A DNA stretch of 64,000 nucleotides from Octopus vulgaris (GCA_951406725.2 OX597826.1:30566001-30630000); one strand, 5' to 3'. Shown: positions 39,786 to 53,245, counted from the first letter of the stretch. Notes: a model not told the origin generated them from the letters alone. Numbers and translations: made by a program.

Positions 39786-40459
39786 CACACACACTTTCAA
39801 CGTTTTGCCCTGTTTTTCTTGATGTAAGCCCTTTGTGCTCAAATCAATATTCAAACAGAAGAACTTGTTCTATATCCCCCCCCACCCCAGTTGTTTTCCG
39901 TCTCTTTGTTTCTTTCTCTTTGTGACATTGACAGAGAACAGTGCGGGTGTAACGTGACACATTGGCAGGACGCTCACCACAGACCTGATCAAGTCTTACT
40001 ACGACAAAACCGGAAAGAGACAAACACAAGAAGGTTGATAAATATTCAAGTACCCCGGGACGATATTTTTAGAGGGTGAAAGAAAGAGAGAGAAAGAGAG
40101 AGAAAGAGATAGAAAAAAGGAAGAGAGAAAAGAGAAGAGAGAGAAAAAGAGACAGGAGAGACAGACAGACAAAGGGAGAGGGAGACAGACAGCCAGACAG
40201 ACATAGAAGAGACAAACAGACAGAAAGACAAGCGGATAGACAAAGAGGAAAAAGGTAAGATAGAGAGAGACAGAGAGACAGACTGGGAGGAAAGGAGGGG
40301 AGAGAGGGAAGGAGAGAGAGAGAGTGGGAAAAGGTGAGAAACGGGTTTTGCACAGGTTCCATTATCTGCTTAATTAAACTGTAACGTTCTTCTCAGAACA
40401 AAACAATTAATAACAAGAAGAAAGATTTACCATTGTTTATAAAAGAATAATCTGTTGAT

Positions 40460-41010
40460 GATGTGGTTGTTGGTGGTGATGATGATATTTGTTGTGACTG
40501 GAAGAGTTGGGATTCATACTGTATCGGTGGTGGTGGTGGTGGTAAGGGTGAAGGTTGTGGTGGTAGTGGTGGTGTGGTAGTGATGGTGTTAGTGGTGGTG
40601 GTGTGGTAGTGATGGTGGTAGTGGTGGTGGCAGTGATGTTGTGGTGGTGGTAGTGTGGTTAGTGTTGACGTTTGAAATGGTGGTGGTGGTGATGTCGGTG
40701 TTGACGTTTGAGGTAGTAGTAGTGGTAATGGTGATGGTGGTGGTGGTGGTGGAGATGGTGGTGGTGGGTGATGATGGTGGTGGTGGTGGTGGTGAGTGAT
40801 AGTGGTTGCGAGATGGTGGTGATGGTTACTGTTGTGGTTACGGTGGTGGTGGTTGTAGCGCGGTGGGGTGGGGGAGACAGTGAGATGATAGTAGTGGTGA
40901 TAGTGGTGGTGGCGGTTGTGGCGACAGTGGAGGTGATGATGATGATAATGATGATGATGGTAGCTATGATGCAGGTAGTGCTACTCGTCGTCTTCATCGT
41001 CATCGTCGTA
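40460..41010. repeat. Degenerate (GGT)n/(GAT)n low-complexity region
   Basis: Read directly from sequence. Confidence 0.9.
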
Positions 41011-41439
41011 ATAGCTATAGAATAATGATAGTAACGATGAGAGTCTAAACGGAAAATGCTTGAAAGACATAACGCAAGCCACAGTTGTGTTTTCTGAACC
41101 GTAATGTTTGTGCTGTTGTTTTTCATTTGTTGTTGCTTTTGTCTCTGTATCTGCCTTCGTGAGAGGCTTTCGTTATCAAATATTCACCCAAAACGATGAT
41201 TAATCTTCAAACTGAAGCGATAAAGCAATAGTGAGTGAGGCCATTTTCATACTGGTATCACTCGATATTGTGTGTGCATAGCTATGTTAATTTCCAATGA
41301 GGGGTGCGCCAGATACTGTCACTGAACCAGCTGGAAATATCAACCAAATCTCCCTTTTTAAATCATATGCTACCGTTTTACGAAAGAAAAGAGGTCTCAA
41401 TTGTTATGATTTCGTGAGTATATAAGATCGTTTTATTTG

Positions 41440-41760
41440 GTATTCCGTCGGCGACGACGACGAAGGTTCCAATTGATCTGATCAACGGAACAGCTAGCTC
41501 GTGAAATTAACGTGCAAGTGGCTGAACACTCCACAGGCACGCGTACCCTTAACGTAGTTCTGAAGGAGATTCAGCATGAAACAGAATATAACAAGGTTGC
41601 CCCTTTGACATACAGGTACTACATATTTTTGCCAGCTAAGTGAACTGGAGAAACGTGAAATAAAGTGTCTTGCTCAAGAACACAACGCGTCGCCAGGAAT
41701 CGAACTCATGACCTAACGATTATGAGCCGAATGTCCCTAACCACTAAGCCACGCAACTTC
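41440..41760 (-). mobile_element. SINE family 4
   Basis: A-box TGGCTTAGTGG, B-box GAGTTCGATTCC; homologous to 23260-23574. Confidence 0.8.
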
Positions 41761-42178
41761 CTCAAAACATCGACAATGTGAAAGGATTATGTATTCTAAT
41801 AGGAGTCGAACTGAAAACACTTTGCTTTTGTATCATTTGCCAGGTAGCGCCACCTGTCATGAAGGAAACTTAGAAAGGAAACTGCTACTAGGTTGGTCTG
41901 TCGTGCCTCTACACTTAATTCTGACAATTGATTGACACGTCAGAGACGCTTCGGATTTCCATCAGAGTTTCATCTGGTTCGGATTTCGGATTTCCACCAA
42001 AATTTCATCTGGTTTTATTTTGACCGGGCGTAGATCGTCATCTTTCGAGGCTTCTGCTTGATATTCCAAAGTGGTGGGTTGGTTGATTTTTGCCCTCAAC
42101 ACCTTGCAAAGCCGTAGGGACACAGTTTTGGCATAGACCTGTTTAGAAGTGCATCACGTGAGTGCATATGTATGTAAG

Positions 42179-42224
<46 letters not shown>

Positions 42225-42560
42225 CGTGTATGTATTCTTGCATTTATATGTGTATCTCTGTAAAAAAAAGAAAGAAAGAAAGAAACAAACAAACAAACAA
42301 ACAAACAAAAGAAAGAACGGAAGAAACAAAGAAAGAAAGAAAATCAATCTAGATGCTGGTACTTTATTTATTGGCCCCGAACAGGCGAATTTGGCAGGAC
42401 TTGATCCCAGTTTGTAGTGGACCAAAAGGAATACCACAAAGCACTCTCTCCAACACTCCACCGACTTTGACATTTCGCCACTTCTATGTAATAGTTAAGT
42501 ATTCATGAATTCAGTGCATTATTTTCTGAAGATGTTATGCCAAAATTTGGAATTACCAAT

Positions 42561-43515
42561 GGCGGCGAGCTGGCAGAATCGTTAATACATCAGATAAAAT
42601 GCTTAGCCGCATTTCTTTCGACGCATCTCCTTCTGTCTTCAGATTTCGCCGAGGTCAACTTTGCCTTTCATCCTTTCTATAAAATAACGTATCAGTCAGG
42701 TACTTAAGATAGATGCAATCGATTAGCCTCCTCCCCCAAAAGCTATTGGCTTCGTGCCAAAATTTGAAACCATTATTATCAAGAATGGTTAAGGTGGTGA
42801 GCTGACAGAATCGTTAGCAAACCAGGCGAAATGCTTAGCGTTATTTCGTCGTCTTTACGTTTTGAGTTCAAATTCCGCCGAGGTCGACTTTACCTTTCAT
42901 TCTTTCGAGGTCGATAAATTAAGGAACAGTTACATTCTGTCCTTGTTTGTCCTCTCTGTATTTAGCCCCTTGTGGGTAGTAAAGAAATAGGTATTTCGTC
43001 TGTCTTTACATTCTGAGTTCAAATTCCGCCGAGGTCGACTTTGCCTTTCATCATTTCGGGGTCGATTAAATAAGTACCAGTTACGCACTGGGGTCGATTT
43101 TATCGATTTAATCCGTTTGTCTGTCCTTGTTTGTCCTCTCTGTGTTTAGCCCCTTGTGGGTAGTAAAGAAATAGGTATTTCGTCCGTCTTTACGTTCTGA
43201 GTTCAAAATCCGCCGAGGTTGACTTTGCCTTTCATCCTTTCGAGGTCCATAAATTAAGTACTAGTTGCATACTGGGGTCAATCTAATCAACTGGACTCCT
43301 CCCCAAAAATTTCGGGCCATGTGCCTAGAGTAGAAAAGAAACGAGTGCTTAGCAGTACTTTGTCTTTTTGTTCTGAGTTCAAATTCCGCCGAGGTTGACT
43401 TTGCCTTTCATCCTTTCGAGGTCGATAAATTAAGTACCAGTTGCGTCCTGGGGTCGATCTAATCAACTGGTCTTCCCCAAAAATTTCGGGCCTTGTGCCT
43501 AGAGTAGAAAAGAAT
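42561..43515 (+). mobile_element. Tandem array of SINE family 2 (monomer followed by head plus four body units)
   Basis: GAGTTCAAA(T/A)TCCGCCGAGGT recurs at about 42864, 43015, 43199 and 43375. Confidence 0.88.
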
Positions 43516-44052
43516 TTTTATTTCTGAGGACGGGTGGTTCAAATATAAAGGTTATAATTTCGAAACTAGCTCTCGGATATATTTATTGGTAGGAATGGTC
43601 AATCATCTGAGAACGATCGATAAATAAACTAGTCGAACAGTTACGCTAATATTAGAACCGGTTCATTCCGACCGTAATCAAGACACGAAGATATGAGGTT
43701 AATCGTTGATGAATTTATTGGTTGCACTGTATCTTAAAACCACAAACTCCCGCTCTTTTACTTCTACTACTACTACAACCATTGCATCTGACGCAACTCC
43801 TACTTCCATTCTTTCCTATTGTCTCTATTCTGTGGTCATGGAACGATGGCTTCTCTTCTTTGAGGTCATTAATTTCTGATTTGCTGTAGAATGCAATGCC
43901 AAAGGAAACCTCAATGAAAGAGAAGGGGGAAAAAATAGAAGTGAGAATGTGAATTGCAACCAAATACCAAGTTAGCTAATCAACTAAAAGCACCATGTGT
44001 TGACAGCCAGAACGGCTGACCTGAAACTTTCATACACACACACACACACAGA

Positions 44053-44625
44053 TACGTTCTGAGTTCAAATTCCGCTGAGGTCGACTTTGCCTTTCATCCT
44101 TTCGGAGTCGATTAAATAAATACCAGTTTCGCACTGGGGTCGATGTAATCGACTTAATCCGTTTGTCTGTCCTTGTTTGTCCCCTCTATGTTTAGCCCCT
44201 TGTGGGCAATAAAGAAATAAGAATCTTTGTCACGCCAGGTAAAATGCTTAGCAACATTTCGTCTGTCTGCTCGTTCTGAGTTCGAATTCCACTGAGGTCG
44301 ACTTTACCTTTCATCCTTTCGGAGTCGATAAGTACCAGTTGTGTACTGGGGTCGATGTAACCGACTCTCCCCTTCCAAATTTCAGGCCTTGTGCCTATAG
44401 TAGAAAGGATTCTTCATAGTGAGTAAAGGCGGCGAGCTGGCAGAGTCGTTAGTGTATTGAACAAATTGATTAGCGGCATTTCTTCTGGCTTACGTTCTGA
44501 GTTCAAATACCACCGAGGTCGACTTTGCCTTTCATCCTTTTGAGGTCGATAAAATAAGAACCAGTCAAGAGTGCTTGGGTCGATGTAATCAACTCACTCT
44601 TTCCCCTTGTGCCAAAATTTGAAAT
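44053..44625 (+). mobile_element. Tandem array of three SINE family 2 units
   Basis: Body motif at about 44060, 44278 and 44499. Confidence 0.85.
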
Positions 44626-45733
44626 AATATTAATTATGAGTAAGCTTAGAAATCATTTAATAAACCAAGTCGCGAGATACAATCTTTTATAGACTTCCTA
44701 TGTGGCTCAAAACACGGTGTTGTTAGAGCATAGGCGAGCTACTAAAATGTAAGAAAAGCAACTCGGTCCGTGTGATGTTAAGAGTCTTTGTGTTTTTCCG
44801 AATAGCTAATGCATGTCGCCCACGCTATAATTACAAATTTTTGAAATATTTTAGCGATAATTAATCTCAGTGGATTATAAGGATTCCTAACATAGGCACA
44901 ATGCCTTAATGTTTAAGAAAAGCAATCGATCGAATCGATCTCGCGGTATTGATTACTCCCACGAGGATGAAAGATAAAATATCCTTTCAAATGAGATTTA
45001 ATTTCAGAATAAAAGATACCATGACTAAATACCACACGGGTTCCAACTCCCACCCCAAAGAACTAATTCTGCCAACCAATACCTTAAATAAATTGCAATC
45101 CATTCTTCTAAAGTTGTCAGATTGGTCCTTCTGGCAAAGTGATTTTTTTTTCTTGCTATCACTCACAATCTTCGTGGTTTCTAATCCTGCTGTAGCTACT
45201 CATGGTTTTAATTTTACAACGGCTAAAAACATTTATATAGTGTTTGGGGTCATTGCAACCGTGTGGTCATGGGTTCAATCGCACTGCGCATTACGTCGCG
45301 CAAATGTCTGCTACAAAAGCCTCAGGATGAGATGCCTTGCGAGTGAATTTAGTAGAGGGAAACTATGTAGAAGCCCTCCATATATATATATATATATATA
45401 TATGCGTCTGTGTGTGTACATGTGTGTGTGTATGTGTGTGTGTGTGTGCATTTCTATATACGCGTGTGTGTGTATGTGAGAGTAAGTTTCCATGCGTACG
45501 TGTATATATCTTAGGGTTCGTGTTTGTCTCCTTCTAGCGCTTGACAACCTGTTCGTTTATTTATGTCTCGATAACTTAGCGGTTTGGCCAAAAAAGGCCG
45601 ATAGAATAAATATTAGACTTTTAAAAATAAGTACTGGGACCAATATATTTGACTAAACACTTCAAGCTGGTGCTCCAGTATGGCCACAGGTCAACCACAC
45701 ACACACACACACACACACGCGCACGGGCATGCA

Positions 45734-45801
<68 letters not shown>

Positions 45802-45803
<2 letters not shown>

Positions 45804-46064
45804 CGCAGGAGTTGCTGTGTGGTAATTAGCTTGCTTCCCAACGACATGATTCCAGGTTCCATCCTATTGCGTGGCATCTTAGGCAAGTGTCTTCTGCTAT
45901 AGCCTCGGGCTGACCAAAGCCTTGTAAGTGGATCTGGTAGGCGGAAACTGAAAGAGGCCCGTTGTATGTATGTATGCATGTATGTATGTATGTATGTATG
46001 TATGTATGTATGTATGTATGTATGTATGTATGTATGTATGTATGTATGTATGTATGTATGTATG

Positions 46065-46137
<73 letters not shown>

Positions 46138-46354
46138 TTATGTGTCTGTGTTTGTCCTCCTCCCCAACATCAATTTACAACCGATGCGGATGTGTTTACG
46201 TCCTCGTAACTTAGCAGTTCAGCAAAAGCGAAACCGATAGAATAAGTACTAGGCTTACAAATTGTAAGTTCTGGAGTCGATTTGCTCGACGAAAGGCGGT
46301 GCTCCAACATGGCGACAGTCAAAATGACTGAAACAAGAAAAAGAATAAAAGAAT
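45802..46354 (+). mobile_element. SINE family 1, full length, expanded internal (TATG)n(TA)n(TG)n; an older copy lies at 45250-45690
   Basis: Consensus head and tail. Confidence 0.9.
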
Positions 46355-46660
46355 ATATATATACACGTATACATACATACCTACTCATATATACATACAT
46401 ACATATATATGTGTAACTCAAATTACACTGGACGAATATATACATAAGTGCCTATAAGTATAGTGTATCTATCTATCCATACACACACGCACGCACCTTC
46501 ATGCATATACATTTATATATATGTACATACTTATATACCCGTTCAGTGTAATATAAACCTCAAACTGCTTAGCAAATAATCAGTGTTCAGAGTTCCATGC
46601 GTATTTGTGATGTATTTGTGTCATTTCTTATGAATTCGTGGTTGGGGTTCTTCACAGGGT

Positions 46661-46967
46661 TGTTATTTGCTCTTTCTTGAGCCATGCCTGGCTCATTAGG
46701 GCCGGTTTTCCAGTTTCCTTGGCGTATAGGTTTCCCACCTGGACGGGACGCCTGTCCGTCACAGGTGAGCCACTAGATGCAGGAGGAAAGAATGAGAGAA
46801 AGTTGTGGCGAAGGAGCCAGCAGAAGTTCGCCATTACCTTCTGCCGGAGCTGCGTGGAGTTTAGGTTTTTCGCTCATAAATACACACAACGCCCAGTCTG
46901 AGATTTGAACACGCGATCCCTCGACCCCGAAATCTGCTGCACTTACCACTAGGCCATGTGCTTCCAC
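46661..46967 (-). mobile_element. SINE family 3 with degenerate TSD
   Basis: CTTCACAG(G/A)GT at 46650-46660 and 46970-46980. Confidence 0.85.
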
Positions 46968-48369
46968 TACTTCACAGAGTACATGTAGAAAATAAAATGA
47001 GAGAGATTGCTTATAAGATTTTTAAATTCGAAAAATATCTTACAAATAATCTCTTGCGCTTTGTTTTAATTTCTATATATGTAGAAATGCGTATATGATG
47101 CATAATTACTTACCAGGATGCATCTTAATTAGACTTAGCTAGGCATTTTTCATTAGAACTTCTCACCAAATTCACATTTAATTTATTAATTACTTGGAAG
47201 TAGGACATTCAGTATATCCCCTGAAATAAATAAATCAGATTAAATTGATTTCGGATACACGATGTGAAAAGAAATATGTGTGATCGTACCTCATAGCAAG
47301 TCTTCCATTGTGGAATGTTTTGTTTCGATGACCTTATTTCTCATCAGGTCGATCACACCTCGTAGTAAGCCTTCCGTTATAGAACGTTCTGTTCTGATAA
47401 CTCTACCTCCCTCAGATTCATGATCAACGCAGCAACAAGACAAGCTTCTACGTGGCCGTTTGACCTGAGACATGGTAGCGAAATTTACCTCAAAGCACCT
47501 GCTATCGTCTTTTTGATAAAATCACGTTGAATAACATGGGTTATGAAAAAAGAAAATTTTAAACAACGGAAGCGGCACATGAGAATCTCCGCACGAACTG
47601 TCAAAGTAGATTTCAGGATGGTCACGGCTGGAAGATCTTTTATCATGAAAGCTAATCTATGACTAAACAACAACAACAAAAACAACAACACTAACCAATT
47701 ATCAAAAACGTTTTGACCATTAACAGCCAACCCATTTTCTTTCACTGACATAGTGTATTTTGGCATACATTATCCAATGTGTTCTTCCATTTAAGGATGA
47801 TAGTGAGTGATTTGATTGAAATTTTATTTGCTTGTTGGTTAAATAAACAATAATTTCTTTTTTTCTTTTTTTTGTCTTTCAACGAAATCGATAGAAACAT
47901 TAGTAAACCTTTTCACAAAGGAAACACGAGACAAGAGTTAGAATTACGCACATCTTAGTATTCAAATCTCATTATATTCTCTTTCTTTCTCTCTTTCGCT
48001 CTCTCTCTCTTTCGTTTTCTCTCTCTCTCTCTCTCTCTCCCTCTCTTTATAAATCTTCAAAGACACAAATCGTTGACATCCATGTTACACTACATGCAAA
48101 AAAAATTAGGTTGTGCACCGTAGATTATAGGCTAACTTTCTGCTATGTTGCCATATGCTCAATCAAGGATACCAGTTCGATTCAAAGCAATGTCAATTAT
48201 TATGTAACCTAATAACGCAGCGAGCTGGCAGAATCGTTCGAACGCCGGAGTTGATTCGTTCGGCTAAAATTCTTCAAGAGAGTGTTCCAGCATGGTCGCA
48301 ATCTAATAACTGAAGCATGTAAAAGATAATATGTATATACACGAGCGTGATCTTTACAAGTATCGCCTT

Positions 48370-48709
48370 ACTGGCACTTGAGCCGGTGGCACGTGAAAAA
48401 ACATTTGAGCGAGGTCGTTGCCAGTGCCGTTAGACTGGCTCCTGTGCAGGTGGCACGTAAAAAACACCATTTGAGCGTGGCCGTTGCCAATACCGCCTGA
48501 CTGGACTGGCCCTCGTGCCGGTGGCATATAAAAGCACCCACTACATTCTTGGAGTGGTTGGCGTTAGGAAGGGCATCCAACTGTAGAAACTCTGCCAGAT
48601 CAGATTGGAGCCTGGTGCAGCCATCTGGTTCGCCAGTCCTCAGTCAAATCGTCCAACCCATGCTAGCATGGAAAGCGGACGTTAAACGATGATGATGATG
48701 ATGATGATG
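48370..48709 (+). mobile_element. SINE family 5 3' part with RTE-like tail and internal tandem subrepeats
   Basis: GGCGTTAGGAAGGGCATCC...GTAGAAAC; ends GGACGTTAAAC(GAT)n; repeated GGTGGCACGT..AAAAA units. Confidence 0.7.
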
Positions 48710-48764
48710 TGTGTGTGTGTGTATAAGATAGGGAGGGTTGTTCATGTGAGTGCTATATGTTAGT

Positions 48765-49310
48765 CGTTATAAAAACTGTTCAGCGAAAAGCCTTCAGATT
48801 CTCATCCACAAAAGACGCATTACGTAATAAAATCGATAAAATTAAACAGCAACGCTAATCAACAATCGGTATAGAGCCAAGTCAGTAGACAAAGCATTAG
48901 AACAATGCAAAAACAAATCCACCCCTCACTCCACTTCCATATATATATAACATACACAACAACACAAAGTCAGATAGAAAGAAGCAATACGCACATTGTA
49001 CTACGTGAACTAAATACACTTTAGTTACAAAATAAATAGGAATCGTATTAAACAAAAATACTTATAAGACAGAATCATTATGCATAAGATTCAATTACAA
49101 ATTAACAATAGAACATGTTATAAAAAGACTAGAATAAAAACCTTGTCTTCAACATGAAATCACAATGCTAGAAACCAACGAACATACTTCAGGCGACTAA
49201 TTTGTTGGAAGAATTTCATCGCAAACGTGGAAGTAGTAAAGTTCCCGAAATGAACGGTTACGTTGGACGTACATACACAACACTTTCTCGGCGTTTTACT
49301 ATGCATCTAC
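48765..49310 (+). pseudogene. Decayed Penelope-like element ORF (RT thumb/linker and GIY-YIG endonuclease start)
   Basis: VIKTVQRKAFRFSS...IDKIKQ/TLINNRY; LYYVN*IHFSYKI; EFHRKRGSSK...YVGRTYTTLSRRFTMHL (YIG box plus catalytic Arg helix). Stops and frameshifts present. Confidence 0.7.
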
Positions 49311-49938
49311 GCATTTACAAGCAGCCAATTGTAGTGGATGAGAACAAATGGTTACAGGATGAAATGAAAGAGAGGACTGAATAAAAATAATTAACAGAAT
49401 AAAACTGTAAGGCAGTAGGAGTGTATATGCATTTCTAATTGTGTGTGTGTGTGTAGTGATAACTCATTGCTAAGAAAGGTGTTCACTTTGTCGAGTATGT
49501 TATACATCCAACGTGAAATACTCTGTCACACTGAACTACCGCCAATGAGTGTAGTCAACAATTACAACCAGAAACTAAATCCCTCTTGGAACGCAATTCG
49601 AAACAACTGACCAATTCTGGAGTTTTAGTTAATCCAAATTTATCTTCGATCGCTTGATCTGAAATCTTGATGCATTGCATGTACTAAAGTATTCCGGTCG
49701 ATTTTGAACGTACGATTCACGAGCAGGTAATAGTCAAATGCTTTATCTATCTAACAATCTCTCTAATAATCTTCTTCAGTCCAGTACATATGGAGCGGAT
49801 TGACAGACAGAAAAGCTGTGAGTGAGAGATGGAAGGATAGACAGATAGAATGGTAGACAAGGAACATGCAGACAGAGAGACATATCAATGAAAGCTTGCT
49901 AGGTAGATTAATGGATAGATACAGAGATGGATAGATAG

Positions 49939-50000
<62 letters not shown>

Positions 50001-50244
50001 GATAAGATGAGGTTTTATTCCCATGCTACCTACTTGATATGATCGGTAATTAAAATAACGATCTTATCCTTATTTATATTCACTGCGGTGGTATTTTGAC
50101 CATATCGCACGAGGATTTTAGGTGGGCAATTTAAACTGGTCGTGCGCATACGTGCATATATGTGAGTGTATACATGCGTATATGTAAGTATTCGTATGAT
50201 ATATATATATATATATATTAGTATTTATGTACTGTTTTGTCTGT

Positions 50245-50302
50245 ATTCCACTGGTGAGGCAAAGCATTTCTTATACAGAGTCAGAAATCCGGGATCTGGA
50301 AT
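50245..50302 (+). ncRNA. Type I hammerhead-like motif
   Basis: ATTCCA-CTGGTGA-GGC...GTC-A-GAAA-TCCGGG-ATC-TGGAAT. Perfect 6-bp stem I; core has A6>G. Confidence 0.55.
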
Positions 50303-50479
50303 TTTCCAAAAATTTTTTGTTAGTTTATTTTGTCTCTTTGTCTTCTCTCCTGGTGCTGTATGAACATTTAATGTGGGTTTAGAGTCGAGTTTTGACTGCT
50401 ATATCTAGCATGGTGGTATCTTTTAGATACCCTAAATTATAATTTTAATTTATATATGTATATCTATATGTATATATAT

Positions 50480-50526
<47 letters not shown>

Positions 50527-50619
50527 TATATGTATATGTATATATATATATACATACGCATACATACATACATACATACATACATACATACATACATACA
50601 TACATACATACATACATAC

Positions 50620-50760
50620 ATGTGAATCGTTGGCGATTTTCTTCCTCCGTTTTCCCTTCTATTGGACTTTCCTCTGTTTCCGAAGAAGAGCATCTACTCG
50701 AAACGTTACCATCTTTCTTTCCTTCCCTGAGCGTCTTCTAATACTTTACATGTACCACGT
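50620..50760 (+). mobile_element. Family H1 copy
   Basis: Homologous to 5870-6078; GTTT-CCGAAGA-A-GAG..CTC-GAAAC-GTTA. Confidence 0.55.
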
Positions 50761-51574
50761 ATATTAATATATTTACACACACACACACAGAGACTGAAAC
50801 AGTCAAACGACGATGATCACGACGATGATGATCATATCGACGACAAGGAAGTGGAAGTGAAGGAAAGCAATAACAACTATGACGACGGTGACCAAGTCGA
50901 CGACGCTGCTGCTGATGATGACGATGATGATGATGACGATGGTGATGTTTATGTCGATATTAGCACTCCATCAACATTAACCAAATACATCTCTGATCAA
51001 AGGTGTTCCACCCTTTGGTCATCTCATGTTTTATTTGTTTTACAAACAAACCTCGTCTGGAACTGCATTAACTAATATTAAGTACTAAAAATGCATAGAA
51101 CAAAAAAAAACAATGATTTTATTCGTTGTTGATGTTGAATTTATTCATTGACCATTTGCCAAAAATATTATAAAAACAGACGAAATATTGTGAAACACAT
51201 CCATTTTATATTTAAATGCAATTTGTTAAAGGTTGCCAAAATGTTTAGAGATAGCTTTCGGTGTGGGGGGGGGAATCGAGTTGATTTTTACTGCAATACA
51301 ACATTGCGTGAAAAGGGTGTTAGGTTCGAATGAATGAAGCACGCGCGCGCGCGCATTTTTCATCTTTTATTTTTTTTTATCATTTACTTGTTTCATTTAT
51401 TAGACTACGGCCATGCAGGGGCAGTGCGCCCCGAAGAATATTAACCGAACGAATTTACTTCAGTACTTATTATTTATCTAGGCATCAGTCCGAACCGAGG
51501 ACGTAAACACACCAACACCATTTGTCAAGCAGCGATGGACAAACACAGACACAAAATACACAAATCCAAAACCA

Positions 51575-51800
51575 AATCTATGGATACTACGGTTTTCGTC
51601 CAGAAAATTGCCAATTTTCCCAACCAGCTCCGCTGTTTTCACGTCCCTCTCCCTTCCCCACGCCTTTCATCGTCTCTCGCCTCCTCTCTGGCATCATTGA
51701 ACCTCTTGTGTCAGCGCAAAAGTTTATCCACGACCAGTCTGGAGCATTTCATAAGTTTCTATAGCATCTTTGCCCAGTTTAACTCAAAATCTTTTTGCAC
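51575..51800 (-). pseudogene. Mariner transposase N-terminal (HTH) fragment
   Basis: VKLGKDAIETYEMLQT / *HKRFNDAREEARDDERRG / VKTAELVGKIGNFLDENRS across frameshifts. Confidence 0.72.
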
Positions 51801-52039
51801 AACCAGCTTCCAAACGTCCCGACCCCCATTCTGCAAACAAGTCAGCTGTGAGAAAGCAGTGTTTTGTAGAGCGTGTTCAAAGTTCAGTCATAGACGTCTC
51901 CTTCAATATGGAATAACAAAAGTAGGCAAGTCAGCTTATTAGATTTATAGTAGTGATAATCCAGGATAATCTATGACATTTATAACTGCCTCTCCTAAAA
52001 ACATCTAAAAACTCTTGGAATGCACCTCATATATACATA

Positions 52040-52285
52040 TATAATCAAAATAAGTAACAAGGATATCCAGAGGTAATGCAGTACAATCGTTTAATGCGAC
52101 TCCATTTAATTGAACAATACAAATATGACATCAGTTTTAAAATGTAGAGCAATCTTCAGCTGCATAAGAAGATTGCGTTACATTTTAAAACTGATGTAAT
52201 ATTTGCATTGTTCAATTAAATGGAGTCGCATGAAACGATCGTACTGCATTACCTCTGGATATCCTTGCTGCTTATTTTGATTGTA
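52040..52285. repeat. Long inverted repeat, 118-bp arms, 10-nt spacer, containing a hammerhead-like motif
   Basis: Arms 52040-52157 and 52168-52285; about 9 mismatches counted by eye. Confidence 0.95.
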
Positions 52286-52379
52286 ATCACCCCATTTTTA
52301 ATTATATGGATAATACCATACTAAATTCTGGTGCCTTTAACTTAAGTACCATATTCAACAGAATCTAAATTTTACTGAA

Positions 52380-52432
<53 letters not shown>

Positions 52433-53245
52433 GGCTGGTGATGATGGTGGTGTTGGTGATGGTAGTGATGGTGGTGGTGGTGGTGGTGGTGGTGATGATG
52501 ATGGTGGTGGTGGTGGTGGTGATGGTGATGATTTTAAGTTTTGCCACAAGGCCAGCAATTTTAAGGTGGGTGGTCGATGTCATTGACGCCCAGAATAGAC
52601 TGGTATTTTGTTTTATTGATCGCGGAAAGATGAAAAGTAAAGATGACATCGGTGTTTTTTTTTTCTTTTTTAATTCAGAACGTAAAGAGCCGGAACAAAT
52701 ATTGTAAAGCATTTTTTCCGATATGCTACTAATTCTTCCAGCTAAGCTGCCCTATGGTGTATCTATAATCGTTTCAGATTAGAAACAAGGCCAAAAAGTT
52801 TTAGGGAGAGGGTGTAGCAAGGCTCTTGCATAGTTCTCGCGGTCAGATTTCTCAGCTCAGGATCACGGCCTGCTGCACTGCCGTAAAAGCAAAATCTAGA
52901 TGCGAAAATTTAATTGTGTTGCCATAAAAGGCACTAACGTCTACGCGAACATGGATCAGTCGACCAAAGTGGCTGGTATATAACCAAGTAAGCTGAAATC
53001 TTGCCACCAAATAATTTGGTTGAATTTTCTCGAATCTCCGTTTAGAGTTATAAAAAACTGGTGAACTAAAACCAAGACAGAATCATCGAAAAGTCCACGC
53101 TGAGGTTTAACACTCACATCTTTTTCTGCGTTTCTTTACAGAATGGTAATGAACATATACTTCTTCCAAAAATTATTGGGTAATCCTTCGGTTTAATGTT
53201 AAATTATTTTTATATACATCTTGACATAAAAACAAACTTCCTCTA

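Noticed and set aside
39895-40080. Polypyrimidine tract plus CAG followed by a short open frame
   Set aside because: No good donor site and no recognisable peptide; pyrimidine runs are common here.
42793-43515. Regularly spaced repeats superficially like a CRISPR array
   Set aside because: The intervening sequences are themselves repeated SINE body; eukaryotic context with no cas genes.
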